NCBI GenBank assembly: GCA_963706325.1
Contig: CAVPLT010000004.1
Coordinates: 64,001-128,000 of the forward strand
Source: an uncultured Nitrospiraceae bacterium
GTDB lineage: Bacteria; Nitrospirota; Nitrospiria; Nitrospirales; Nitrospiraceae
Reading direction: 5' to 3'
Length of the DNA: 64,000 bases
Below, piece by piece: positions 23,321-32,536 of the stretch (its first letter is position 1; every line of letters starts with the position of its first letter). The notes beneath the pieces are model-generated. The model did not search any database. It was given only the letters and a program-made list of their open reading frames with translations, and had not been told where the DNA came from. The position numbers and the translations under genes are program-made.

Positions 23321-23533
23321 GTGAAAAAAGTCAATGATGTTTCCAAGACGAAATTGTACAAGACCAACGAGGTCTGCGAGATGTTCGATATCTCGCGCGC
23401 CACGCTGTTTCGTTGGGAGCGAGAGGGGTTGATCTCCGGGCCGCCTCGGGATTGGCGGAACTGGCGGTGGTACACCACAGAAAATGTCGAGCAAATCAGG
23501 CAGGCAATGGAAGGTCGAAAAGAGGTTGCGTAG
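23321..23533 (+). CDS. Small stand-alone MerR/excisionase-like HTH protein
   Basis: LYKTNEVCEMFDISRATLFRWEREGLI..P.RD....R.YT MerR-type wHTH pattern; GAGG RBS. Confidence 0.75.
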   Translation: MKKVNDVSKTKLYKTNEVCEMFDISRATLFRWEREGLISGPPRDWRNWRWYTTENVEQIRQAMEGRKEVA

Positions 23534-23545
23534 AGAGGGAACGAC

Positions 23546-24643
23546 ATGCTCGCTTCATTGAAGAATCTGACCAATCTGGACGTGCTTTCCATGTTTTCCC
23601 CGCAACGGCAACTGTTGGGCCTTGATATCGGGTCAAGCAGCATCAAGCTGGTCCAGATCAAGGAACACCGAGGGCGGTATACCTTGCAGAAGTTTGGCGT
23701 AAAGGAATTGGAGCCTGAAGTGATTGTAGATGGCACCGTCATGGACGAGGGACGAGTCGTCTCAGCCATCAAGGAATTGTTAAGTGAACACAATGTTAAA
23801 TTGAAGCAGGCAGCTATTTCCATTTCCGGTCATGCGGTCATTGTCAAAAAGATCAGTCTCCCGCCCATGCCTGATGAGGAACTCGACGGGCAGGTGAAGC
23901 TCTCGGCAGAGCAATATATTCCATTCGACATCAATGAAGTGAACCTCGACTTTCACGTATTGCCCCCGAACGAAAGTGCCGACGAGCAGGAAGAAATGTC
24001 TATCGTGTTGGTCGCGGCAAAAAAGGACAAGGTGAACGAATTAACCGAGCTGGTCAAGGCGGCTGGGTTGATTCCCATCGTGATGGATGTCGATGCCTTC
24101 GCTGTTGAAAATATGTACGGTGTGACCTCTCCTACCTCGCAAGACGACACGACGACTTTGGTGAACATCGGCGCCAGCGTGATGAATGTGAATATCGTTC
24201 GAGGGGGCGTGTCCTTGTTTACGCGCGACATACCCTTGGGAGGAAATCGGTACTCCGAAGCAGTCCAACGGGAGATGGGCGTGTCCTTCGAGGAAGCGGA
24301 AGAATTAAAGAAAAGCGACCGAGACGACGATCATACGCTTGCGGCCGTGATGGAGAGCGTCAACGCGGAGGTCGCGTCGGAGATTGCGCGCACCATCGAT
24401 TACTTCAAGACGACATCATCGGAAAGCGAGATTACGAAGGTGCTGCTGTGTGGGGGGGGGGCTAAGGTCAGGGGCTTAGCTCAACAGCTTCGCGATCGAA
24501 TGCACGTGGACGTGGAGATTGCGAATCCCTTTAACGAGATCGACACGTCCTCATGTGGTGTCGACCCCGATGTCCTGGTAGAGATGGGGCCGCTTGCGGC
24601 GGTGGGGGTAGGCCTCGCGCTTCGCACGGTGGGGGACCGATGA
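23546..24643 (+). CDS. pilM: Type IV pilus assembly protein PilM
   Basis: GLDIGSSSIKLV, EQYIPF, VNIGA, LCGGGA, VGLALR. Confidence 0.96.
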   Translation: MLASLKNLTNLDVLSMFSPQRQLLGLDIGSSSIKLVQIKEHRGRYTLQKFGVKELEPEVIVDGTVMDEGRVVSAIKELLSEHNVKLKQAAISISGHAVIVKKISLPPMPDEELDGQVKLSAEQYIPFDINEVNLDFHVLPPNESADEQEEMSIVLVAAKKDKVNELTELVKAAGLIPIVMDVDAFAVENMYGVTSPTSQDDTTTLVNIGASVMNVNIVRGGVSLFTRDIPLGGNRYSEAVQREMGVSFEEAEELKKSDRDDDHTLAAVMESVNAEVASEIARTIDYFKTTSSESEITKVLLCGGGAKVRGLAQQLRDRMHVDVEIANPFNEIDTSSCGVDPDVLVEMGPLAAVGVGLALRTVGDR

Positions 24644-25194
24644 TTAGAATCAACTTACTCGCAACTGGACCCAAGGCCAGAAAAGCTAAGCCGCAGTGGG
24701 ATGTTCGTGCGGAGGCGTTGTTGGGCGTGGGCGTACTCCTCATCACTCTCACCGGATGCTGGTATTACGCATCCTCGCTCGATGACGAAATCGAGGCGAA
24801 GCAAAACGAGAAGCAGGGCAAGGACGCACAAGTCGCGAAGCTGAAAGAGCAAGTAAAGTCGGTCGAAGACTTTGAAGCGAAGAAGAAACAGCTCGAAGCC
24901 AAGAATCGCATCATCGATGAATTGGAGAAGAGCCGAACCGGACCGGTGAAAGTGCTCGACCATGTCAGTCAGAGCCTGAATCCGCTCAAAGTCTGGCTTG
25001 TGCGAATGTCTCTGAAGGGCAACAACGTGGAACTTGAAGGGCGAGCCGTCACGAACGACGATGTCGTCGAGTTCATCAATAACCTTCGGCGTACCGAGCA
25101 GTTTGGCGCCATCAAACTGATGGAAAGCCGAGCCGGACAAGACAACAAGATGAATACCTACCAATTTAAACTTGACCTGTCGATGAAAGGCTAA
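24640..25194 (+). CDS. pilN: Type IV pilus assembly protein PilN
   Basis: MIRINLL motif, TM segment, coiled coil; ATG overlaps pilM stop. Confidence 0.93.
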   Translation: MIRINLLATGPKARKAKPQWDVRAEALLGVGVLLITLTGCWYYASSLDDEIEAKQNEKQGKDAQVAKLKEQVKSVEDFEAKKKQLEAKNRIIDELEKSRTGPVKVLDHVSQSLNPLKVWLVRMSLKGNNVELEGRAVTNDDVVEFINNLRRTEQFGAIKLMESRAGQDNKMNTYQFKLDLSMKG

Positions 25195-25195
25195 C

Positions 25196-25819
25196 ATGAG
25201 CCTGAATGCCATCAGTCTAGACGGCCTACGTAATGTGCCCACGGGCCAAAAAATCGCACTCCTCGGATTGCTGGTGGCCGCGATTCTAGTTGGATTTTAT
25301 TTCTATGTGGTCGATCCTAAGAGCGCAGAATTGGTGACGGTTCAAGGGCAAGTGGCCCAATTAGATACGGAGATTCAGAATCTGACATTGAAGGTGAAGC
25401 ATCTCGACGAGCTCGTAGCGGCCAGTAAACAATTGGAGATCGAGTTGGCGGCCAAGAAAGAGCGCCTCCCGCCGGAAGAGGAAGCCGTGATGTTGCTCAA
25501 GCAGGTATCCGATCTGGGGCTTCGGTTGGGATTGGATGTTCGCCTATGGAAGCCGGGTGCCCAGGCCGAGGATCCCTCGAAATTATTCATCCGAATGCCC
25601 ATCAATGTAGAGGTGGCGGGCGGATACCATACGGCAGCCATCTTTTTCGACAGGATCAGCAAGCTATCACGCATCGTCACAGTCCAGGATGTGCGCATTG
25701 GGGCGCCCCGGGTAGATCAAGGACGCGTCGTCACGCAAACAGTGTTTGACTTGGTGGCCTATGCCGCCCCGCAGGAAAAGAAATTTGTCACGCCGGTGCC
25801 AGCGGCGAAGCCGAAGTGA
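25196..25819 (+). CDS. pilO: Type IV pilus assembly protein PilO
   Basis: TM plus coiled coil, LP.EEE, GGYH..A.FFD.I.KL.RIV. Confidence 0.92.
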   Translation: MSLNAISLDGLRNVPTGQKIALLGLLVAAILVGFYFYVVDPKSAELVTVQGQVAQLDTEIQNLTLKVKHLDELVAASKQLEIELAAKKERLPPEEEAVMLLKQVSDLGLRLGLDVRLWKPGAQAEDPSKLFIRMPINVEVAGGYHTAAIFFDRISKLSRIVTVQDVRIGAPRVDQGRVVTQTVFDLVAYAAPQEKKFVTPVPAAKPK

Positions 25820-26475
25820 AGCACAGAGTTCGGCTTACGTCCAACGCGAGGGGATGCATCGTGAAGATACGAATAGGGAGCAAAAAGTGGATGAGGGCGG
25901 CAAGCATTGGAGTGGTGGTGCTTGTGGTTGGCGCAGCAGCCTTGCCCGGCGAATCACGAAGCCTTCCCCATTTTCGGCAAGTTGCCTCCATGCGCCCGGC
26001 AGATTCGCTGAAGGTGCTGCCATTGCCTGAGGCACAGAAGTCAGTGCCGGTAGTCGAATCCCCGGCACCTCCCGTCGGCAATTCGATTTCACCACCGGGG
26101 GATTCGTTGTCGCTCGAGTTTTCCGGAGCGTCGTATGACCCATCCGGTCGTCGAGATCCCTTCTTGCCCATGTTTCAGCTTGGTCAGCAAGTTGAGCCGG
26201 ATTCCAGTCTTCCACCCCTTCAACGTGTCGGTCTTACGGAATTAAGTTTAATCGGTGTGCTTTGGGGAAACTATGGTTATACCGCCATGGTCCAAACTCC
26301 CGACGGCAAAGGGTACAGTATTCGCCGTGGAACTAGGATCGGGCCCAATAATGGTGTGGTCAGTTCAATCACCGAACGAGGCATCATCGTTCAAGAGCGG
26401 TTCACGGACGTGTATGGGAACAAACAGGAGCGGGAATATGTCAAGCTCCTGCACCCAAAAGAGGGCACAGAATGA
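25816..26475 (+). CDS. pilP: Type IV pilus assembly protein PilP
   Basis: YDPSGRRDPF, PLQR..L.EL.LIG, G.RIG.N.G.V; start may be 25861 or 25891. Confidence 0.88.
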   Translation: MKHRVRLTSNARGCIVKIRIGSKKWMRAASIGVVVLVVGAAALPGESRSLPHFRQVASMRPADSLKVLPLPEAQKSVPVVESPAPPVGNSISPPGDSLSLEFSGASYDPSGRRDPFLPMFQLGQQVEPDSSLPPLQRVGLTELSLIGVLWGNYGYTAMVQTPDGKGYSIRRGTRIGPNNGVVSSITERGIIVQERFTDVYGNKQEREYVKLLHPKEGTE

Positions 26476-28463
26476 AACAAACACAGGTAGGTGTTCATCC
26501 GCTGCTGAGTATGACTGTGATAGCCGGCTTGTTGGGAGTTGCCGGATATGGGCAGGCCGCCGCGCCAGGTGAGACAATTGGACTTCCCGGATTCACTCAG
26601 ACGGTCGACCAGGGAGCGACGAATCCATCAACAGGCACTGTACTTGGCACAGAGCGCGCGGCGGTCACTAGTGCGGCGGCGACCGTGCTCACGAAGGTCG
26701 AAGCCAAGCCGGAAGGAGACCGGATGGCATTGGTGTTGACGGGTAACGGCGTGATTTCGCATACGGTAAAAGTGATAGGTGATCGGCGCATGGTCCTCGA
26801 CATGCCACGTATTCAGTCGGAGGGGCACCAGTCTCAATTAAGCGTCAAGCATCCGCTGTTGTCGCGAGTTCGCTTTGGGTACCACCCGGATAAGGTTCGA
26901 TTGGTGCTTGATTTGACGCAGTCCGTTGCCCACACCATCGATTCGATCGATGGCCGCCTGATTCTGACTCTGGCGCCGAAGGTCGTGGTCCCGATGAGTG
27001 AGATGAAGGCTCCGGACAGCGAGGCGTCATCATCCGAGACACAGATGGCGTACGTAACGGCGCCGGACGAGCGGCGCTCTGCGGCCCGCTTCACGCTGGT
27101 TGCTCACAGGTCACCCAAGGCTTTGTTGCATATCCAGCCGGTTCAACTAAACGCTGAGTCGTTTCAGAAAGAGGAAAAGAAGACGGATGCGAACAATGAA
27201 GTGGTGAACGGCCCCTCACGGTTTATCGGGCGGCGCATTTCACTCGATTTCCAACAAGCCGACATCAGCAACGTGCTCCGGTTGATCGCCGAGGTCAGCG
27301 GGTTCAATATTGTGGTCGGCGAAGGTGTCAAAAACAAAGTCACCATGAAGTTGGCCAATGTGCCGTGGGACCAGGCGCTCGAAATGCTCCTCAAGATGAA
27401 TGCGCTGGGCATGATTCGGCAAGGGAATATTGTTTGGGTGGATACGCTGCAAAACATCGCCAAGCAGCAAGACGAAGAGGCGCGCGCCAAAGACTCTAAG
27501 GCGAAGGCTGAGCCGATAGTCACGCGAGTATTCTATATCCGCAATCTCAACGCGCTGGAAGTGCAAACGTCGCTTCGGCAAAATCTGAGTCCGCGCGGGA
27601 CCATGACGGTCAGCGCGGCGAGTAATGCCCTCATCATCAGCGATACGGAGTCGAAGCTGGAAGTGCTGCGACAGTTGCTTGATGGCGTGGATCTTGAGGT
27701 CCCGCAGGTGCAGATCGAAGCACGCATCGTCCAGGCGGATACGACCTATACGCGTTCGCTGGGTGTACAGTGGGGAATCGCAAACGTCAATAATATGGGG
27801 TCGAACGGAACTGCCGCCTTCAGGACCGGCACCACCGGGGCGTTCGGTGCGCAGCTCTCGGACTTCCTGATCAACCTACCGGCCAATCCCGGATTGCCTT
27901 CAGTACCGGGTGCCGGATTCTCGATTGGAAAAGCCGATGGCGCGCAGTTGGACCTCCGGCTGTCGGCCGGTGAATTGCTGGGATTAACCAAGGTCATTGC
28001 GGCGCCGAAAATAACTACCCTGGATAAAAGAGATGCCAAGATTGCGCAGGGAGAGTCGATCCCCTTCCAGACCACTTCCTTACAAGGAACGCAGACCACG
28101 TTTGTGGATGCGAACTTGGAGTTGAACGTGACACCACAAATCACGTCTCGCGATCCGAAGGAGATCGGGAAGCAGATTCTCATGAAAGTGCGGGCAACCA
28201 GAAACGCAGTCGGCGCGCGGAGCAACCCTGCCGGTCCGAGCATCGATCGCCGCGAAGCGACGACGCAGGTGCTGGTGCGTGACGGAGAAACCATGGTCCT
28301 CGGCGGTGTCTTCGTCGATACTCAATCGAACAACGTGGCCGGTATTCCTTATCTGTCGCGCATCCCGGTCCTGGGATGGCTCTTCAAGAACAAGACCGAG
28401 AACGTCTCGAAGCAGGAACTGTTGATCTTCCTGACGCCGACGATCGTTCGATCCACAACTTGA
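26472..28463 (+). CDS. pilQ: Type IV pilus secretin PilQ with AMIN-like N-terminus
   Basis: ISLDFQQADI..VLRLIAE, VPWDQAL, QVQIEARIV, GIPYLSRIPVLGWLFK, ELLIFLTP. Confidence 0.96.
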   Translation: MKQTQVGVHPLLSMTVIAGLLGVAGYGQAAAPGETIGLPGFTQTVDQGATNPSTGTVLGTERAAVTSAAATVLTKVEAKPEGDRMALVLTGNGVISHTVKVIGDRRMVLDMPRIQSEGHQSQLSVKHPLLSRVRFGYHPDKVRLVLDLTQSVAHTIDSIDGRLILTLAPKVVVPMSEMKAPDSEASSSETQMAYVTAPDERRSAARFTLVAHRSPKALLHIQPVQLNAESFQKEEKKTDANNEVVNGPSRFIGRRISLDFQQADISNVLRLIAEVSGFNIVVGEGVKNKVTMKLANVPWDQALEMLLKMNALGMIRQGNIVWVDTLQNIAKQQDEEARAKDSKAKAEPIVTRVFYIRNLNALEVQTSLRQNLSPRGTMTVSAASNALIISDTESKLEVLRQLLDGVDLEVPQVQIEARIVQADTTYTRSLGVQWGIANVNNMGSNGTAAFRTGTTGAFGAQLSDFLINLPANPGLPSVPGAGFSIGKADGAQLDLRLSAGELLGLTKVIAAPKITTLDKRDAKIAQGESIPFQTTSLQGTQTTFVDANLELNVTPQITSRDPKEIGKQILMKVRATRNAVGARSNPAGPSIDRREATTQVLVRDGETMVLGGVFVDTQSNNVAGIPYLSRIPVLGWLFKNKTENVSKQELLIFLTPTIVRSTT

Positions 28464-28843
28464 CAGGTCCCGCTCGACCAGCTAATAATCGCCTCCATTG
28501 ACGATGGTGCGCTGTCTCAATGGGGGCGAATCCTGCGGAACGTGTCTCCTCGTCGTGTTAGAAGGCGCTCCTTCCGGGCTTTCACTCCCTAGAGTTGACC
28601 ACATTTAGATTTAAAGCCGCCTGGCTAGACGTGGCGAACGTTTGTGCGCCGACGCACTCAGGCACCACCCTCCTCTGAGCGCATCAGAGCGGCCTGTGTC
28701 GATAGTGGGGGCGACGGCCGGGTGACCCACGGACCGGTTCAGGCCACCTCCATGGGTGATGGGTGGCCACATGTGCGCCGTGAACACTCTTCCTGTTCCC
28801 TTGCGTGAAGACGGACTATGGCCGACCTTCTCTTGCATCCCGT

Positions 28844-30001
28844 ATGACAGCCGCTTCTACAGACATGTCTCAACAAACGATTCAGGTAGAACTTGGAACC
28901 AGGAGTTACGCCATCCTCATTCGCTCCAACCTGTTGGACTCCATCGGAGAAGAACTGACGCGACTAGGATGTTCAGGCAAGGTTGGAGTGGTCACCGACA
29001 GAAATCTCGCCGCGCGGTATCTCAAACGGGTGACTCGTGTCCTGCAGAGGGCTGGATATACGGTCGTCCCGATTGTTCTAGTTCCTGGGGAGCGGACGAA
29101 AACGCTTCATTCGATTAGTACGATCATGAATGCATTGGTGGACGCCAAGTTCGAACGCGCATCGACGTTGCTAGCGCTGGGCGGTGGTGTCATCGGTGAT
29201 CTGACGGGATTTGCGGCGGCGATTTACCAGCGTGGCATTCCCTTCGTGCAGGTTCCTACCAGCTTGGTGGCGCAGGTCGATTCCAGTGTCGGCGGGAAGA
29301 CGGGTGTTGATCATCCAAAGGGAAAGAATCTCATCGGCGCATTCAATCAACCCCGAGCCGTTCTGATCGATCCGGCAACGCTGACGACACTTCCGGTTCG
29401 TGAATGGAAGGCGGGGCTTGGAGAGGTGATCAAATACGGGGTGATCGCAGACGAGACGTTCTTTGAATATGTGGAACGACACATTGAGTCTATTCTTAAG
29501 CTGGATGATGCCCCAGTCGCGCAAATTGTAAAGCGGTCGTGTGAAATCAAGGCCCAGGTCGTCTCCGAGGATGAGCGTGAAGCGGATCGGCGTCGAATTT
29601 TAAATTTTGGTCACACGATCGGCCATGCGCTGGAATCGTTGGGGGGATACCGTGGGTTGATTCACGGTGAAGCCGTGGCGATCGGGATGATATATGAAGC
29701 CGATATGGCGAGGCATCTCGGACTGTGTGATGAAGCGGTTGTCGCCCGGATCAGGGCATTGGTCAGGGCGGCTGGATTGCCGTTCTGCCTGCCACGCGTC
29801 ACGTTCAGCGCACTCTGGCGCGCCATGCAACAGGACAAAAAAGTGTCTGCGGGGACTATCTACTGCGTGGTGCCCGAACGAATCGGGTCGGTACGCATCA
29901 TTCCCTTGGAGAAGGACACAATCCGCGAATGGTTTGATGCACTGAGGGCGCGTAAAGCGCAGAGCGAGAAAGTCGTCGCCTCCACACAAGGGGCACGGTA
30001 G
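28844..30001 (+). CDS. aroB: 3-dehydroquinate synthase
   Basis: GGGVIGDLTGF, PTSLVAQVDSSVGGKTG, LNFGHTIGHALE, HGEAV; start uncertain (28805, 28844 or 28865). Confidence 0.97.
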   Translation: MTAASTDMSQQTIQVELGTRSYAILIRSNLLDSIGEELTRLGCSGKVGVVTDRNLAARYLKRVTRVLQRAGYTVVPIVLVPGERTKTLHSISTIMNALVDAKFERASTLLALGGGVIGDLTGFAAAIYQRGIPFVQVPTSLVAQVDSSVGGKTGVDHPKGKNLIGAFNQPRAVLIDPATLTTLPVREWKAGLGEVIKYGVIADETFFEYVERHIESILKLDDAPVAQIVKRSCEIKAQVVSEDEREADRRRILNFGHTIGHALESLGGYRGLIHGEAVAIGMIYEADMARHLGLCDEAVVARIRALVRAAGLPFCLPRVTFSALWRAMQQDKKVSAGTIYCVVPERIGSVRIIPLEKDTIREWFDALRARKAQSEKVVASTQGAR

Positions 30002-30007
30002 GAGGGT

Positions 30008-31267
30008 ATGGCAGCCAAGCGGACGGTCACTCAATTGGAACAGGCCTTGCGCGAAAAAACACGCGAAGTGGATGTCCTGCATCGTATCAGCGAGTCGATC
30101 AACAATACCCTCGACCTTGAGTCGGTGCTTCGGCATATCGTCGATATGGTCGTAGAAGTGACCAAGGCCGATGCCTGCCTGCTTTATCTGATCTCCGACG
30201 GCAGGGACGAACTCATGCTACGAGCCTCGAAAAATCCCCATCCTAAATTGATCGGACGCATCACCATTGGGCTGGGCGAGGGGATCACCGGCTGGGTGGC
30301 CAGAGAACGGACTCGTGTGGTGATCCCGAATAACGCCAGCGATGATTCTCGGTTCAAGTTCTTTCACAACCTTCCGGAGGATCGCTACCAGGCCTTTGTC
30401 TCGGTGCCTATCACGACCAAGCTGGAGGTCGTCGGAGTCATCAATGTGCAGCACAAACGGTCGCGACGGTATCGGCCTGACGAGTTGGCATTACTCTCGA
30501 CGATCGCCACGCAGGTGGGCGGGGCCATCGAAAACGCCCGACTCTATGATCAGATGACACGCAAGGCTCTCCAGCTCGACACACTCTCACAGGTGTCGGA
30601 AACCGTGTCGTCAAACCGATTGATTGAGGATGTGTTGCAACTCATCGTCACGATGACGGCGCAAATGATGGGGTCGAAGATTTGTTCCATTATCTTGTTG
30701 GATCAGGCGACAGGCGAACTGCGAATCGCCGCCACGCAAAGTTTAAGCGAGCAGTATCGCCGCAAGCCCAATGTCAAGATCGGTCAAAGTATCAGCGGGC
30801 GGGCCGTTCAAGATCGTCGTCCGATCATCGTGCCCGACGTCACCAAAGAAAGCGCATATATGTACCCGGATATGGCGACAAAAGAAGGGCTGTGTTCGCT
30901 CCTGTGTGTGCCGATGCTGGTTCGGGAGAAAGGTATCGGGGTCATCAATACCTACACCTCTAAGCCGCATACCTTTACGGCCGAGGACGTCAAGCTCATG
31001 CAGGCCATCGCCAATCAGGCTGCAATTTCTATCGAGCATACGACGTTGCTTGAGAAGTCGTTTGAGATGCAAGAGGCGTTACAAGTCCGCAAGCTGCTCG
31101 ACCGGGCTAAAGGATACCTCATGCGGGCGAAGAGGTTGTCGGAGGAGGAGGCATTCAAGCTGATTCAGCGACAAAGCATGGACCTTCGCAAGTCCATGCG
31201 AGAAATTGCGGAAGCCATTTTGCTGGCAGGTGAAATTGAAGAGCGGGCCGACAGAAATAGAGGCTAG
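30008..31267 (+). CDS. GAF-GAF-ANTAR RNA-binding antitermination regulator
   Basis: Two GAF repeats (GEGITGWVA..SVPI..VVGVINVQ; GQSISGRAV..LCVPML..GVIN) and a C-terminal ANTAR helix bundle RKLLDRAKGYLM...LSEEEAFKLIQRQSMDLRKSMREIAEAI. Confidence 0.93.
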   Translation: MAAKRTVTQLEQALREKTREVDVLHRISESINNTLDLESVLRHIVDMVVEVTKADACLLYLISDGRDELMLRASKNPHPKLIGRITIGLGEGITGWVARERTRVVIPNNASDDSRFKFFHNLPEDRYQAFVSVPITTKLEVVGVINVQHKRSRRYRPDELALLSTIATQVGGAIENARLYDQMTRKALQLDTLSQVSETVSSNRLIEDVLQLIVTMTAQMMGSKICSIILLDQATGELRIAATQSLSEQYRRKPNVKIGQSISGRAVQDRRPIIVPDVTKESAYMYPDMATKEGLCSLLCVPMLVREKGIGVINTYTSKPHTFTAEDVKLMQAIANQAAISIEHTTLLEKSFEMQEALQVRKLLDRAKGYLMRAKRLSEEEAFKLIQRQSMDLRKSMREIAEAILLAGEIEERADRNRG

Positions 31268-31271
31268 CCTG

Positions 31272-32234
31272 TTATTGAGGGCGTTCTGCTGGCCGCGCGG
31301 GAGGAGATGGTTTGGCGGGCGCGCTGCTTGGTTCGGTTTGATGCTCCCTCAGTTGCCGTCTCATATCTTGAAGTTCCTTTCGAAGTTCCTCGACCTCTGA
31401 ATCCTTCTTCTTCAAATCTTCCCGAATGTCCCGAAGGTCGGTCTCTGCCTCCGTTGGGTGAGCGAGCGGCCCCGCGGGCAATGCCTGTGTCTTCACGGCG
31501 GGCGGACTTGTGACGGCAATCGTCGGCGACGGTGGGGGCAGTCGTGCGAGGAGGTCATAATCGATGATCAGGACATTTGCCGGGTCTTCCGCAAATGTTG
31601 GTGCAAATTGATCGGAACGTAGGGCTTCCTCGGGCACGAACAATACCCGGCGATTTAGGAGGCCATGGGAAGTGGGCGTGCGGCGATTGGGCATGTTCAC
31701 GGTTTCCGGATCATCTCGCCGTTGACGGTACTCGGTCAAATAGACATAGAGTGAACGTCCGTACGCCAATACCCGGCCGCTCGTGATTTCTGGAAATGCA
31801 TGCCCAAGTGGAGGCTCCGAGGAGCCGACCGCTGCACCAACGCGTTCTCGATATCTCCCGTCATTAGTCTGTATCAGGCGAAACCCTACCTGTTGATCGG
31901 ACGCCGCCTGTTTCAAACCCTCTGCAATAGCAGGAGCCAGAAAAGCGATTTCGGTTCCTGAAAACACGGGGACGGTCGGCGTTTCGCTGGCGGTCAAGGC
32001 CCGTAACAGTCCGGTTTGTTCGCGAATGATCATGCCCTGTAAGCTGCGGGCGATCAGTGCTTGGTCGAGTCGAATAGGATGGCTTGCTTGAAACTGGCGA
32101 TCGGGAAGACGATCAAGAAATACCATGCCTTGCGCGGATTCCTCGACGAGCCAGTCGACTCGCGAACCGATCGTACATCCTGCAGCTAAGAGGCAGCAGG
32201 CCAAGGCGAATGCAACAGAGCGACGGCAGTCCAT
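31272..32234 (-). CDS. Hypothetical lipoprotein with C-terminal coiled coil
   Basis: Signal peptide ending LAAGC (lipobox); Pro-rich linker and coiled coil; GAGG-like RBS; paralogue remnant at 45541-46457. Confidence 0.75.
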   Translation of the reverse strand: MDCRRSVAFALACCLLAAGCTIGSRVDWLVEESAQGMVFLDRLPDRQFQASHPIRLDQALIARSLQGMIIREQTGLLRALTASETPTVPVFSGTEIAFLAPAIAEGLKQAASDQQVGFRLIQTNDGRYRERVGAAVGSSEPPLGHAFPEITSGRVLAYGRSLYVYLTEYRQRRDDPETVNMPNRRTPTSHGLLNRRVLFVPEEALRSDQFAPTFAEDPANVLIIDYDLLARLPPPSPTIAVTSPPAVKTQALPAGPLAHPTEAETDLRDIREDLKKKDSEVEELRKELQDMRRQLREHQTEPSSAPAKPSPPARPAERPQ

Positions 32235-32323
32235 GAGGTGATTCCTGTTTCAAGTTCAGGCTGGACGGGCCTAGTGTAACATAGACAACCGTCGAAACAG
32301 GAAGACCTCGTCCCGTCTTATGC

Positions 32324-32353
32324 TTGACAGCGATGCGTTCAAAAGCGTATACA
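32324..32353 (+). promoter_or_regulatory. Candidate promoter of the porin-urt-ure operon
   Basis: TTGACA-N18-TATACA; same shape at 46529 and 55571. Confidence 0.6.
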
Positions 32354-32378
32354 CCCCACCTGTATGCGTTGGCGGTTT

Positions 32379-32437
32379 GGACAATGACGTCCTCATCTCA
32401 TCGCAGACATCAATAACGCAGAGGACAATGACGTCCT
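32379..32437 (+). promoter_or_regulatory. ANTAR-binding dual hexaloop hairpin (leader 1)
   Basis: GGAC-AATGAC-GTCC at 32379-32392 and AGGAC-AATGAC-GTCCT at 32422-32437; loops have A1/G4. Confidence 0.85.
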
Positions 32438-32475
32438 TTTGGTCCGAAGGCTGGACCGGAAGGGCGTTTTTTTTT
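32431..32475 (+). terminator. Intrinsic terminator overlapping ANTAR hairpin 2 (leader 1)
   Basis: ACGTCCTTTTGGTCC pairs with GGACCGGAAGGGCGT, followed by a T9 run. Confidence 0.88.
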
Positions 32476-32536
32476 GGCGCGTTGGCTCCTCCGGTCTGGT
32501 TCATTCCAATCATATGTAACCAGGAGGGCGATCAGG

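Noticed and set aside
32379..32437. Direct repeat with ~30-nt spacer resembling a mini-CRISPR
   Set aside because: Only two 15-nt units and no cas genes; better explained as ANTAR hairpins overlapping a terminator
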